In this document: piece by piece, positions 34,132-45,500 of the stretch | Layout of the letters: every line of letters begins with the position of its first letter | Numbering within the stretch: position 1 is the first letter of the stretch | Assembly (NCBI GenBank): GCA_973895155.1 | Contig: OZ316892.1 | Coordinates: 22,235,168 to 22,299,167 of the forward strand | Source of the DNA: Marsupella aquatica | Taxonomy: Eukaryota; Plantae; Marchantiophyta | Direction: 5' to 3' | DNA length: 64,000 bases | Translations under genes and position numbers: made by a program | Notes under the pieces: generated by a model | The model's input: only the letters and a program-made list of their open reading frames with translations | Database searches by the model: none | Told to the model about the DNA's origin: nothing

Positions 34132-37100
34132 TGTGATGCCTAGCCAGGAATCACTGGGCTAGTTTAAGTGGAAAATGGAAGTGTACCCTAGAAACACCTT
34201 AGTATAGTTACAAAAATAAGGAAAATATAAACAATTAAGGGTGACTATGGAACCCGAGCCGAGGCCGGAAGTAAGGACGCCAGGGGAGAGAACACGATTA
34301 GGGTTAGGGCACGCTAAGTGCCGGCGGCTAGGGGTAACCAACGGGAGGGAGAACCAGAGGAGGAGAGGGGTAAGGACCGCTTGCGAGGAATAGTGGCTCA
34401 TTTGCAAGTACAAACTAGGCAGGCGACTACGGGCGGCCAACTACTGTCAACTGCTTAGGCAAGCGCTCAGGGTGGGAACAGATACCGATTATCAACTCGA
34501 GAAGGGTATGAGCAACGCCAATCAAGCGGCACATTTTTGGGGATGCCTGTTCGAATGGGCAACTGAGTACATTGGGACTTACGAGGATGAAGAATCAGAG
34601 AGAGCAACTCGAGAACGGCAGGAGCTCGCCCAATTGTGGGAGCTGCAGAAAGCTGCCTTCTTAGGAGGAGAACTCATCAAGGCTAAATTCTTGTGGACAC
34701 CTACTGGCAACGAGCTAGACGACCTGCTGTTTTGCGAAGACAGAGTCATCGGCATCCGCGAAGCCATCAAACGCTGCAACGACATACACTAGGAGTTGAA
34801 GGGTAGCATGGAGGGGTGGACAAAGGCAACCGTGCTAGGAGAGACATCCACGACAGCCGAGATGAAGAGGAAGGGAAACAACAACGAAGAGGCCACCCCG
34901 GCAAAAAGAATGAGGTCGGCGGCACCAAAGAAGCCAGCAGAACAGCAGAGCAGGAGGCAGAGAGAAGCCGAGGAGGAGGAGGTCGATCCCATCAACGCCA
35001 TTCCAACAAGAGATGACACCTGGAAAGGCTGGGCGGCGATTCTCCCCGAGGAAGTGCAATTATACTTTGCACGGGAGGATGCATGCTTTACGGCTATGTA
35101 GACTCGGAAATACCAGGGCTTCATAGCCGGATCCGGCTTGGAAGCCTTCGTAAAGTTACCGTGGTTAAAGCCGGAGGTGCCGGATTCAGACTTACTAGAA
35201 TTCGTGGGATCATGGGAGTCCGAGACCAATTCCACAAGGGTGTATGGGAAGGATTTCTATCTCACTCCCCAGGTGATTGCCGAAGTGTTTGGCTTGCCGA
35301 TGGGCAATAAGACCAAGGTAGATACCAGGAAGACTTTGCCAGACAAGGAGTTCCGGTCATTTCCAGGGCCTTCAACAAAGAATGGCTTCTTCTGAAACAC
35401 CTGCACCAACCCGCATATAGGAGAGATGATCGGTTTCTTGTAGGTGACCATGCATTGCAACTGGCCGAGACCAGAGATTGGCAAGGCACAGGTCTATCTG
35501 GCAGAGAGGCCAGACCCAAGCCGGGACTACAATGGTTACCTCCTCACTCAACTAAAGAAGATCTTGAAGGAGGAACAGCTGGTGATCGGCAAGGGAAGCG
35601 TGTCCCGGCTTGGCTATCACGTACCGCTATTATGCCGGTATGCCCGAAGTAAGACCTTTGCCCCGGTACTTCCCCTACAGGCAAGGGCACCAGAGGAGGT
35701 TCCGGAATAGAGGCCAGCAACGGAGAAACCCAACCCGCCCGACAGTCCTACAATCGAGCAGGTGTTTAGGCCAAGGATGGAGGACTTGCCAATGCAGCAA
35801 CCAGGCATGCAGAATCTGCTGAAATTGCTGGAGAAGGAAAAGAGAACGGCAACGGCAACGGCACCAATATAGGACACTGCTCTAGAGGTAGGCCTAAGCC
35901 GGCTTACAAGGGAAAACCCCTTTACTGGAGTCAAGGAGAGAAGGAGGCCGGAACACGAGCCGGGAGTCCGGATGTATGTAGGAGCCTCTAGTCCCGAAGC
36001 CGAGGAGAAGCAGGCCGTAGCTCCCGGCCACGACAAGGACAACAAGAGATCAACACGGAAGCCGGAGGAGGAACCAAGACCGGTGAGAGGTGAAGCCGTG
36101 TTCACGACAAAACCAGGAGAACAGCGGGAGAAGCCGGTAGTCCAAGCCGAGGAGGAGGCGGTGGAGGACTACAGCAATGATAACTCCGGCTACGGAACGG
36201 ATCATCATGTTCCAGGAGTAAGGACCTGTGGCCGATTCATCCCCACGCTCCCAAAAGTAGTTCGAGGAGACCCGACCCAGCAGAGCAGCCCCGAGTCTCC
36301 CCCACCAGATGTCGCTCCCCCGAGCTTTGACGGCATAAAACAGACGGCGCAGGAATTTCAGGAGCAAATCAGGGAGGAAGAGGAGGCAGCCCTGGCTAGG
36401 GAGAAGGATTTACCAGGAGGAGAATGGCCAGAGGACATCAGGCGGCTTGCAGAAAAACGAAGCAGCCCTCCAGCCACAATAGAAGAGATCCGCAAGGCGG
36501 CTTGGGAACAAAGGCCGCGGTGGATGATGCCGATGACTTCTACTTCCTCCACCTATGCTAAAAATAGAGCCATGGAGTACGGGGAGATGTGTGGAGAGCT
36601 GGCGCTCAGCATCTTTGGGGAGGAGTTGGAGCAAGGACCCTTTTTTCAGAGGGAGATGTTGGAGAAGCGCCAATTAGAAGAAGCGGTGGCTTTGGAAAGA
36701 AGCAAGAAGGACGAGGTCATCCATCGGCTTAGGGCAAGGGAAGCCTAAATCAAAGACCTGAGGGCGGCCAAGAAAGCCCAAGATGAGCTGCGGATTAAGC
36801 GGCATGAGCTAAATATCATGCAAGGCCAATTGGATACCGCACAATCTGATAATCGGATTATCGAGAATAAACTGACTCGAACCCAAGGAGAGTTGGCCGA
36901 TGCGATCAAGGAGTGGGAGAAGTGGAAGCGAGAGCTAAGGGATGCAGAGGAGGCCCACATAACAGCCAACAACCGGGCCATGGCGGAGACCCAGAGAAGG
37001 GAAAGGGCGTTGAAGGGGGAGCTCGAGGATATCCGCGGAGCCCTTGAGCAGAAGGAGGCTGAGTTAGGGAAATCCTATCAAGGGATTATTGCACTGCAGC

Positions 37101-37913
37101 AGGAGCTTGCGTCCCTGACGGCCAGCTTCAAGGCCGACCTACGAGAGAAGGACAACCAGCTCGACCAGACTTATGCCAAGATGAATAAAATGGAGTTTGA
37201 GGTCTAATGGAGCTCAACAAAGAGCTAAGAGCAACCTAGGAGGAGAGGGCTACCTTCAAGAAGGAATTGGAGGAAGCCCATAAGGAGCTGGAGGAGGCGT
37301 GCAAGGACCTGGACGAAGTGCAGGAAGAGTTGGAGGAAAGCACGCGGAAGCTGGAAAACTTACAACGGCAAGCCGACAACCAAACGGAGCGGCTGAAGAA
37401 ACAAGCCGCAGTATTTAAGTGCTTGGCTTCTTCCAGACCAACTCCAACTGGGGCAACCAAGTTACCAGGAGTGGTACTGGCCTAAGGACAAGCCGCGCCA
37501 CTTGCACCAGTGCCGGAGGTAAGTGGGAAGGGGCCAGCTGCCGAACCAGAAAAGAAGAAGAAGCGGAAACCTTCTGGGTCAAGGAGTAATACGGCTCCAC
37601 AGGCCATGGTGACTAAGGAGGTAAACCCAGCACCGACCTCAGGCAGGGTCACGACAGAGGATCCAACTACCCTAGAAGGAGGGGAGGGCAAACCCAAGGC
37701 CGGGATACTCGGTAATGAAGCCGAGGTACCGAAACTGCCACTTGAGTGTGCAGGGGAGGCCGTAGCCAAGGCTGATGCCGAAGCTGATGCCGATGCCAAA
37801 GCCGAGGGTGGACCCAGTCAGGCCGATGGAGAGTTGACTCAGTCCAGGGCAGGTAATCTGTCAGAGAACAAACCTACGGCAGTGGCTGAGGAGGAAGTGT
37901 TGGGGGCGTCCAC
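34132..37913 (+). mobile_element. Decayed LTR of family B (copy C2), 5' part, interrupted by the full-length element
   Basis: Second TGTGATGCCTAG start at 34132. Fragments 34472-37913 are colinear with the 1228-aa ORF and contain many stops. Confidence 0.9.
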
Positions 37914-38834
37914 TGTGGTGCGTCCCATGGCTCCCTAAACCCAAGAAACCCCCCAGCTCAAGCCGATTCCCGCAGGTTTCGTGCTTGGCGAGGCCGTTTC
38001 CGCGGCTTAGCGGCATGGGACGCTGCTAACCTTCTACTACTACTATTAACATTTTACACACATATACTGGACAGATCCTTCATCGGGTCATGAGATACGT
38101 AGCCGGCCTAATATAGGCCTTCCCCTGTCTTCCCCTGTCTTCCCCTCCGTCTTGTTAGGTATGTTTGGATTCCGCCGCCGGAATGATCCCCAATAGGCTT
38201 GGTTAAGCCGCTAAGACCTCTCTCAGCTCGACACATCCAACTCTCACTCCCCTGCTTACTTTCCTTCCTTCTGTTGATGTGGGCACTCTTCACACAAGTT
38301 AATGCGACACACAAATAGCAAAATGACTCATTCTGACTGAGTCATACCATGCACTTGCCATACAAACAGTACATCTCATACACAAGTTCTGCGAACTAAG
38401 CCGTGAGGCCAACTCTATTCAGCTCTTAGGCATGAGGAAACATGAATATACACAAGGGTCACTGTATGACTAACCGAGAGCTTCTCGTACTACTTGATCC
38501 CAGCCCGGCTGGTGCAAACTAAAAACTTGCTAAAGAAGAGGCCCTGAGCTCCCCGCTGCCCAGGTACTTATCCTGGTAGTGGATCCGCCATTCTTTGCAT
38601 CGTAAGCCTAATCTACTTAACAGTAATCTACTTGCCCGAATCTACCTATGTACAGCAAGGCAGGAGCACAAGTGTTGCTCCTACCAGTGGGACCGCAATC
38701 CCACTAAGCTAAGTGTCAGGGCCGCTCCTGGTTCTGATCCTAATCCTAAACGTGGAGATCCGCGCCCGCCCTGCCCACTCACGCCTCCTCCCTCCACGTC
38801 CGCCTTCCCTAAAAGGAACGGCGCCCTTGCACCG

Positions 38835-41800
38835 TCACGACACCGGTGGTGGATCCTCAATGGACGCCCCCAACACTTCCTCCTCAGCCACTGCCGTTGG
38901 CCCGCCTACTGACAGATTACCTGCCCTTGACCGAGTCAACTCTCCATCGGCCTGACTGGGTCCACCTTCGGCTTCAGCCTCGACACCGGCCTCGGCAATA
39001 CCCACGGCTTCGGCCTCAGCCACTCCCACGGCTTCGGCTTCAGCCACTCCCTCGGCTTCGGCCTCAGCCACCCCCACGGCTTCGGCCTCCCCTTCCCCTA
39101 GGGTAGTTGGATCCTTAGCCGTGACCCTGTCTGGGGTCGGTGCTGGGTCTACCTCCTTGATCACCACGGCCTGTGAAGTCGTATTACTCCTTGACCCTGG
39201 AGGTTTCCGCTTCTTCTTCGTTGGTGGCTCGGCAGCTGGTCCCTTCCCCTTCCCACTTACTTCCGGCACTGGTGCAGTTGACGCGGCTTGTCCTTCGGCA
39301 ATTACCACCCCTGGTAACTGGTTTGTCCCAACGGGAGATGGACCTGCTACAGCTAAGCATTTAAATACTGCGGCTTGTTTCTTCAGCCGCTCTGTTTGGT
39401 TGTCGGCCCGCCGCTGTAGGTTCTCCATCTTCCTCGTGATTTCCTCCAACTCCTCTTGGGTTTCATCCAGGTCCTTACGTGCCCCCTCCAGCTCGTTTTT
39501 GGCCTCCTCCTGCTCCCTGTGGGCTTCCTCCAATTCCTTCTTCAAGGTAGCCCTCTCCTCCTGGGTTGCTCTTAGCTCCTTGTCGAGCTCTGCAATGATG
39601 ACAGACTCCATCTGGTTCATCTTGGCGTAAGTCTGTTCGAGCATCTCGTCCTTCTCCCTTAGGTCGGCCTTGAAGCTGGCCGTCAGGGACGCAAGCTCCT
39701 GCTGCAGCGCCATAATCCCTTGATAGGATTTCCCTAACTCGACCTCCTTCTGCTCAAGGGCTCCGCGGATTTTCTCGAGCTCCCCTTTCAACGCCCATTC
39801 CTTTCTTTGGGTCTCCGCCATGGCCCGGCTGTTGGCTGTTATGTGGGCCTCCTCTGTATTCTTCAGCTCTTGCTTCCACTTTTCCCTCTCTTTGATCGTG
39901 TCGGCCAACTCTTCCTGCGTCTGAGTCAGTTTATCCTTGATATTCTGATTATCAGCCTGCGCGGCGTCCAACTGCCCCTGCATGATGTTCAGCTCATGTT
40001 GTTTAATCCGCAGTTCATCTTGGGCTTTCTTGGCCGCCCTTAGATCTTCAATCTCGGCTCCCATCCTCCTAAGCCGCCGAATGACCTCGTCCTTCTTGCT
40101 TCTCTCTAAAGCCACCGCTTCTTCTAATTGGTGCTTCTCCAACTGCTCCCTATGGAAAAAGGGTCCTATCTCCAACTCCTCTCCAAAGATGCCGAGCGCA
40201 AGTTCCCCACACATCTCACCATACTCCATGGCTCTATTCTTAGCGTAGGTGGAGTAAGTAGAAGTGATCGGCATCGCCCATCGTGGCCTCTGCTCCCAAG
40301 CCGTCCTGCGGATCTCTTCAATCGTGGCTAGAGGTTTGCTTCCTTTTTCGGCTAGCCGCCTGATGTCCTCCGGCCAATCTCCTCCTGGTAAATCCTTTTC
40401 CTTAGCCAGGGCGGCCTCTTCCTCCTGCTTGATTCGCTCCTGAAATTCCTGCACCGTCTGTTTTATGCCGTCGAAGCTCGGGGGAGCAACATCTGGTGGG
40501 GGAGACTCAGGGCTACTCTGCTGGTTGGGGTCCCCTCGCACTACCCTTGGAAGTGTGGGGACAAACCGGCCACAGGTCCTTACTCCTGGAACGTGATGGT
40601 CCGACCCATAGCCGGAATTATCATGGCTGCAGTCCTCCACTGCCTCCTCTACCTCTTGGACGTCCGGCTTCTCCCTCTCCTCTTCGTCGGTAGGAGCTTC
40701 AGGCAATTCTGCCTCAGATTCGGAGCTTGAGGTTCCCACGTACATTCGAACACCTGGCTTGGATTCCGGCCTGATTCTCTCCTTGTCTCCAGCAAAGGGG
40801 TTTTCTCTTGTGAGCCGGTGTAGGCCTACCTCTGTAGTAGTGTCCTGCATTGTTGCCGTTGCCGTTGTTGTTGCCGATGTCGATTTCTTTTCTTTCTCCA
40901 GTAGTTTCAGCAGACTCTGCATGCCTGGTTGCTGCATCGGCAAGTCTTCCTTCCTGGGCCTAAACACCTGCTCGATCGTAGGACTAACAGGTGGTTGAGG
41001 CTTCTCAGCCAACGGCCTCGGCGTTGGAGCTTCCTCGGGTGCCCTTACCTGCAGGGGAAGTACCGGGGCAAAAGTCTGACCTCTGGCATACCGGCACAAC
41101 AGCGGCATGTGATAGCCAAGCCGCGACACGCTCCCCATGCCGATTACCTGCTGCTCCTCCTTTAAGATCTTCTTCAATTGGTTGAGGAGGTACCCGTTGT
41201 AGTCCCGGCTTGGGTCTGGCCTTTCTGCCAGATAGACCTGTGCCTTGCCGATCTCTGCCCTCGGCAAGTTACAATGCATGGTCACCCGCAAGAAGTCGAT
41301 CATCTCTCCTATGTGCGGGTTGGTGCAGGTGTTCCGGAAGAAGCCATTCTTCGTTGATGGCCCGGGGAACGACCGGAACTCCTTGTCAGGCAAGGTCTTC
41401 CTGGTATCAACTTTGGTCTTATTGCCTATCGGCAGGCCAAACACTTCGGCAATTACCTTGGGAGTAAGATAGAAATCCCTCCCATATATCCTCGTGCAAT
41501 TGGTCTCGGGTTCCCATGACCCCACGAATTCTAATAGGTCTGACTCCGGTACCTCCGGCTTCAGCCATGGTAATCTTACAAAGGCCTCCAAGCCGGATCC
41601 GGCCATGAAGCCTTGGTACTTCTTGGTCTGCATGGCCGTAAAGCATGCATCCTCCTCCCGTGCAAAATGTAGTTGCACCTCCACCGGTAGGGTTGCCGCC
41701 CAGCCCTTCCAGGTGTCATCCCTGGTTGGAATGGCCTTGATGGGATCGACCTCCTCCTCTTCGGCTTCTCCCTGCCTCCTGCTCTGCTGCTCGGCTGGCT

Positions 41801-42521
41801 TCTTTGGTGCCGCCGACCTCATTCTTTTTGCCGGGGTGGCTTCATCGTTGATGGCTCCCTTCCTCTTCATCTCTGCTGCCGTGGAGGTTTCTCCTAGCAA
41901 CGTTGCCTGGGTCCACCTTTCCGTGCTACCCTTTAATTCCCAGTGTATGTCGTTGCAGTTCTTGATGGCCTCTCGGATGCCGACGACGCTGTCTTTGCAA
42001 AACAGAAGATTGTCGAGTTGATTGGAAGTAGGCGTCCACAGGAACTCGTCGTTGATGAGTTCGCCTCCTAAGAAAGCCGTCTTCTGCAGCTCCCACAATC
42101 GAGCGAGCTCCTGCCGTTCTCGAGCTGCCCTTTCTGACTCCTCGTCCTCGTAAGTCTTGATGTACTCAGTTGCCCGTTCGAACAGGCATCCCCAGAAATG
42201 TGCCGCTTGATTGACGTTGCTCATACCCTCCTTAGGTTGATCGTCGGTATCAATTCTCTCCCCGAGTGCTTGCCTAAGCAGCTGACAGTAGTTGGCCTCC
42301 CGTAGTTGTCTGCCTAGTTCGTGCTCGCAAATGAGCCACCATCTCCTGCAAGCGCTCCTTACCCCTCTCCTCTGCCGGTCCTTCTTCCCGTTGATCCTTC
42401 CTAGCCGCCGACGCTTAACGCGCCCTAACCCTAATCGGGTTTTCACCCTCAGCCTTACCTCCGGCCTCTGCCCGGGTTCCATGGTTGCCCCTAATTGTTT
42501 ATATTTTCCTTGTTTTGTCAC
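38835..42521 (-). CDS. LTR-internal ORF of 1228 codons (likely start ATG 42224 or 42482); homologous to the family A LTR protein, with a long coiled coil
   Basis: Intact ORF wholly inside the LTR; motif LPW..EFVGSW...RIYGRDFYLTPKVIAEVFGLP.G; EAEAVGVA repeats at the C-terminus. Confidence 0.9.
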   Translation of the reverse strand: MTKQGKYKQLGATMEPGQRPEVRLRVKTRLGLGRVKRRRLGRINGKKDRQRRGVRSACRRWWLICEHELGRQLREANYCQLLRQALGERIDTDDQPKEGMSNVNQAAHFWGCLFERATEYIKTYEDEESERAARERQELARLWELQKTAFLGGELINDEFLWTPTSNQLDNLLFCKDSVVGIREAIKNCNDIHWELKGSTERWTQATLLGETSTAAEMKRKGAINDEATPAKRMRSAAPKKPAEQQSRRQGEAEEEEVDPIKAIPTRDDTWKGWAATLPVEVQLHFAREEDACFTAMQTKKYQGFMAGSGLEAFVRLPWLKPEVPESDLLEFVGSWEPETNCTRIYGRDFYLTPKVIAEVFGLPIGNKTKVDTRKTLPDKEFRSFPGPSTKNGFFRNTCTNPHIGEMIDFLRVTMHCNLPRAEIGKAQVYLAERPDPSRDYNGYLLNQLKKILKEEQQVIGMGSVSRLGYHMPLLCRYARGQTFAPVLPLQVRAPEEAPTPRPLAEKPQPPVSPTIEQVFRPRKEDLPMQQPGMQSLLKLLEKEKKSTSATTTATATMQDTTTEVGLHRLTRENPFAGDKERIRPESKPGVRMYVGTSSSESEAELPEAPTDEEEREKPDVQEVEEAVEDCSHDNSGYGSDHHVPGVRTCGRFVPTLPRVVRGDPNQQSSPESPPPDVAPPSFDGIKQTVQEFQERIKQEEEAALAKEKDLPGGDWPEDIRRLAEKGSKPLATIEEIRRTAWEQRPRWAMPITSTYSTYAKNRAMEYGEMCGELALGIFGEELEIGPFFHREQLEKHQLEEAVALERSKKDEVIRRLRRMGAEIEDLRAAKKAQDELRIKQHELNIMQGQLDAAQADNQNIKDKLTQTQEELADTIKEREKWKQELKNTEEAHITANSRAMAETQRKEWALKGELEKIRGALEQKEVELGKSYQGIMALQQELASLTASFKADLREKDEMLEQTYAKMNQMESVIIAELDKELRATQEERATLKKELEEAHREQEEAKNELEGARKDLDETQEELEEITRKMENLQRRADNQTERLKKQAAVFKCLAVAGPSPVGTNQLPGVVIAEGQAASTAPVPEVSGKGKGPAAEPPTKKKRKPPGSRSNTTSQAVVIKEVDPAPTPDRVTAKDPTTLGEGEAEAVGVAEAEAEGVAEAEAVGVAEAEAVGIAEAGVEAEAEGGPSQADGELTRSRAGNLSVGGPTAVAEEEVLGASIEDPPPVS
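42498..42503 (-). promoter_or_regulatory. Candidate TATA box for the LTR-internal gene
   Basis: TATAAA ~95 nt inside the LTR, conserved in both B LTRs, C1 (32754) and C2 (34226). Confidence 0.45.
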
Positions 42522-42585
42522 TATACTAAGGTGTTCCTAGGGTGCCTTCCTGCTTTACCCACTTAACCGGCCGAGTGATTCCTAT

Positions 42586-45500
42586 CTAGGCATCACATAG
42601 CTCCCCACTTAATTGTGAAGCGTCCTCGCGAACAACTTCATCTTCGTCCATATAGTATTTCTTGAGGCGGTCATAATGGATGTGAACTGGATATACCTCT
42701 CCCGTAATGTTGGCCAATTGTACGGAGCCATTGGGGAACATCATGGTTACTCTAAAGGGTCCTAACCAGCGAGTGTAAAGCTTTCCTGGAAACCTACTAT
42801 ACCTACTGTCATAAAGTAGCACAAGATCACCGGTATGAATACTAACTACTTTTAACCTTTTATCATACTGCTGCTTCATGATATTCTGTCTATATTCTAC
42901 TCTCTCGGCTGAAATCATTCTCGCTTCCTCTAAAGCTTCTAACCTATATTCTCGCTCCTTTAGGCTCTCCTCCGCTGAGGCTCTTTCCTCAATTGTAACT
43001 TGAAATGTCGGTATCTCAAGTTGCATGGGTACCAGGGCTTCTTGTCCAAAGGTTAAGAAGAAGGGTGTATGACCGGTAGTGGATTTATAGGCCAGATTGT
43101 AAGCAAAAACAGCAGCAAACAATTTATCATCCCAATCGAGTTTGTTTTGAGCTACTGTCTTGTTCAATATCTTTCCTATGATTCCGTTTGCTCGTTCTGT
43201 CAACCCGTTTGCCTTTGGATGGTAGGGAGTAGTAGGCCTATGTTTAACTAAATACTGCTCAATTAAACGACTAATTATATCATTCAAAAAATGGGTTCCT
43301 CTATCACTAACTAATTCTAGGGATGCTCCATACCTGGTGAAGATCTGCTCATACATGAATCTAGCCGTAGTAATTGCATCATCCTTCGTTGTTGGTCTGG
43401 CCTCTACCCATTTAGTTGCATAATCCGTAGCCAGGATTATGTACTTGTTCCGTCGAGGGTGGGTCAGTGGTTTCAGAGGTCCAATGTAATCAATACCCCA
43501 CTTCTCGAATGGTGCCAGAGGTAGAATAGGGTGCAGTGGATGCCTGGTGGACGCCCTTGGTCCTCCCGCTCGTTGACAAGGATCGCATTGTTTGATAAAC
43601 TGATAGACATCTTTGTGCAAGGTGGGCCACCAGTAACCGGCATTTAATATCTTCTTAGACGTGGTTACTGGGGCAAAATGTCCTCCGGCCTCCTCTCCAT
43701 GCATGGCCCGTAGGACTCGTTTTACCTCTCTCTTTTCCAAACACCTTTGAATCGTGCCGTTGATTCCATGCTTGTGCAGTATGCCTTTAATGCACTGATA
43801 CTGTCTGACCTTCCGCACAAAGACTGCGGCTTGCTCTCGGCTTAATCCTGGCTGTAATCTGGAAGTGCTGAGAAATTGTAAAATCTCAGGGTACCATGTA
43901 CTAGCTATTTCCACAACGAATAGCTCCTCGTCGGGGAATCGATCATCGATGCAATCCGTGGCAGGTTTACCTGTGATCCTTGAAAAGAAGTCGGCATTGG
44001 CATGTAACTTTCCCGGCTTGATCCTCAGCTCATAGTCAAACTCCTGTAATAGCAAAATCCATCTTGCTACTCTGCCTGTAAGGTCCGGCTTATTGACTAG
44101 GTACTTCAAACTTTCATGATCAGTATGAAAGATTACCTTGTACCCTAGTAAATAATGCCTAAACTTTTTACAAGAATAAATGACTCCTAATGCTTCTCTT
44201 TCCGTGGTAGAGTAGTTCCGTTCGGCATCGGCAAGCTGACGGCTTGCGAAGTATATGGGATGGTCCCTTCCTTTCTCATCCAACTGACTTAGTACTGAGC
44301 CAATACAGAAGCCCGAGACATCTACAAAAACATGAAAATCTTTGTTCCAGTCCGGTGCTATCATGACTGGGGCCTCTACTAACATCTGCTTCAATTCTAC
44401 CACCGCTGTGACTCGTTCGGGTGTGGGTTCGAAGTCTGCTCCTGCCTTGAGCATATTGGTTAATGGTAAAGCCAGCTTGGCAAAATCCTTGATGAACCGG
44501 CGATAGTAACCAATGCATCCCAAGAAGGATCTTACATCCTTTATGTTCTTAGGTTGCATGATATCTAGCCATACTGCTAGCTTACCTTTGTCAATCTCAA
44601 TGCCCTTCCTTGATACCTTGTGACCTAGTAGCACCCCCTCGGTTACTGCAAAAAAACATTTATCTGGGTGTAACTTGAGACCCACCTCTCTACATCTCAT
44701 GAAGGTTTTCCTGAGGTATTTAGCATGTTTCGATGCCTTCCCGAATACTGCAAAGTCATCAATGAAGATTTCCATGAACTTTCTCAAGTAATCATGAAAA
44801 ATGTTCACCATTAATCGTTGGAACATAGCTGGTGCGTTGCAGAGTCCAAACGGCATACGATTGAAGACATAGATCCCCCATTCCGTGATGAAGGCCGTCT
44901 TGATTTGGTCTTCCTGCCGAATCCTGATTTGGTTATAACCAGAGTATCCATCCATGAATGAATATAGTTCATGACTGGCTACCATGTCTAGTACCATATC
45001 AGTAAACGGTAAAGGAAAATGGTCTTTTAATGTTGCTTCATTCAGCTTCCTGTAATCCTGACAAACCCGGATCTTGGGTTTACCATCGGGTCCAGCTTTC
45101 TTGGGAACTATCACAATTGGAGACACCCAGTCTGAATGCAGGACTGGAGTGATGAATCCAGCTTCCACTAGTTTGTCGATTTCTGTTTTGACCAGCAGGG
45201 AATACTTCGGGTTCATCCTTCGAATTGGTTGTCGAAATGATTTGGCTCCTAACATGAGATCAATTCGATGTTCCCCTAGTGTTGGATCTACTCCCTTTAG
45301 ATCTTGGTGACTCCATGCAAACACATCCTGAAATTCAATCAATAAGTCACTGATCTCTTTCTCGAGCTCAGGTGCTAGGTTTCTCCCTAAGTTCAGTTCT
45401 CTTCCCTCTCCTAAGTCGAGCTTCCGATATTGCCGTGCTTGGATCATATTAATCTGCTTCTTCAAATTCGGGTCCAGTTCGGCTTCCAGTCTCTCTAATC

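Larger units (their letters stand above)
37914..42597 (-). repeat. 3' LTR (4,684 bp)
   Basis: Direct repeat of 48787-53470 (offset 10,873) with only a few tens of substitutions at most. Confidence 0.97.

Noticed and set aside
39121-42021. Many 60-220-aa antisense or overlapping ORFs within the LTR genes
   Set aside because: These are shadows of the long GC-rich sense ORF; they recur only because the LTRs are duplicated.
38835-42521. LTR ORF as an envelope gene
   Set aside because: No signal peptide or hydrophobic transmembrane segment is visible; the protein is charged, coiled-coil and has basic NLS-like motifs.
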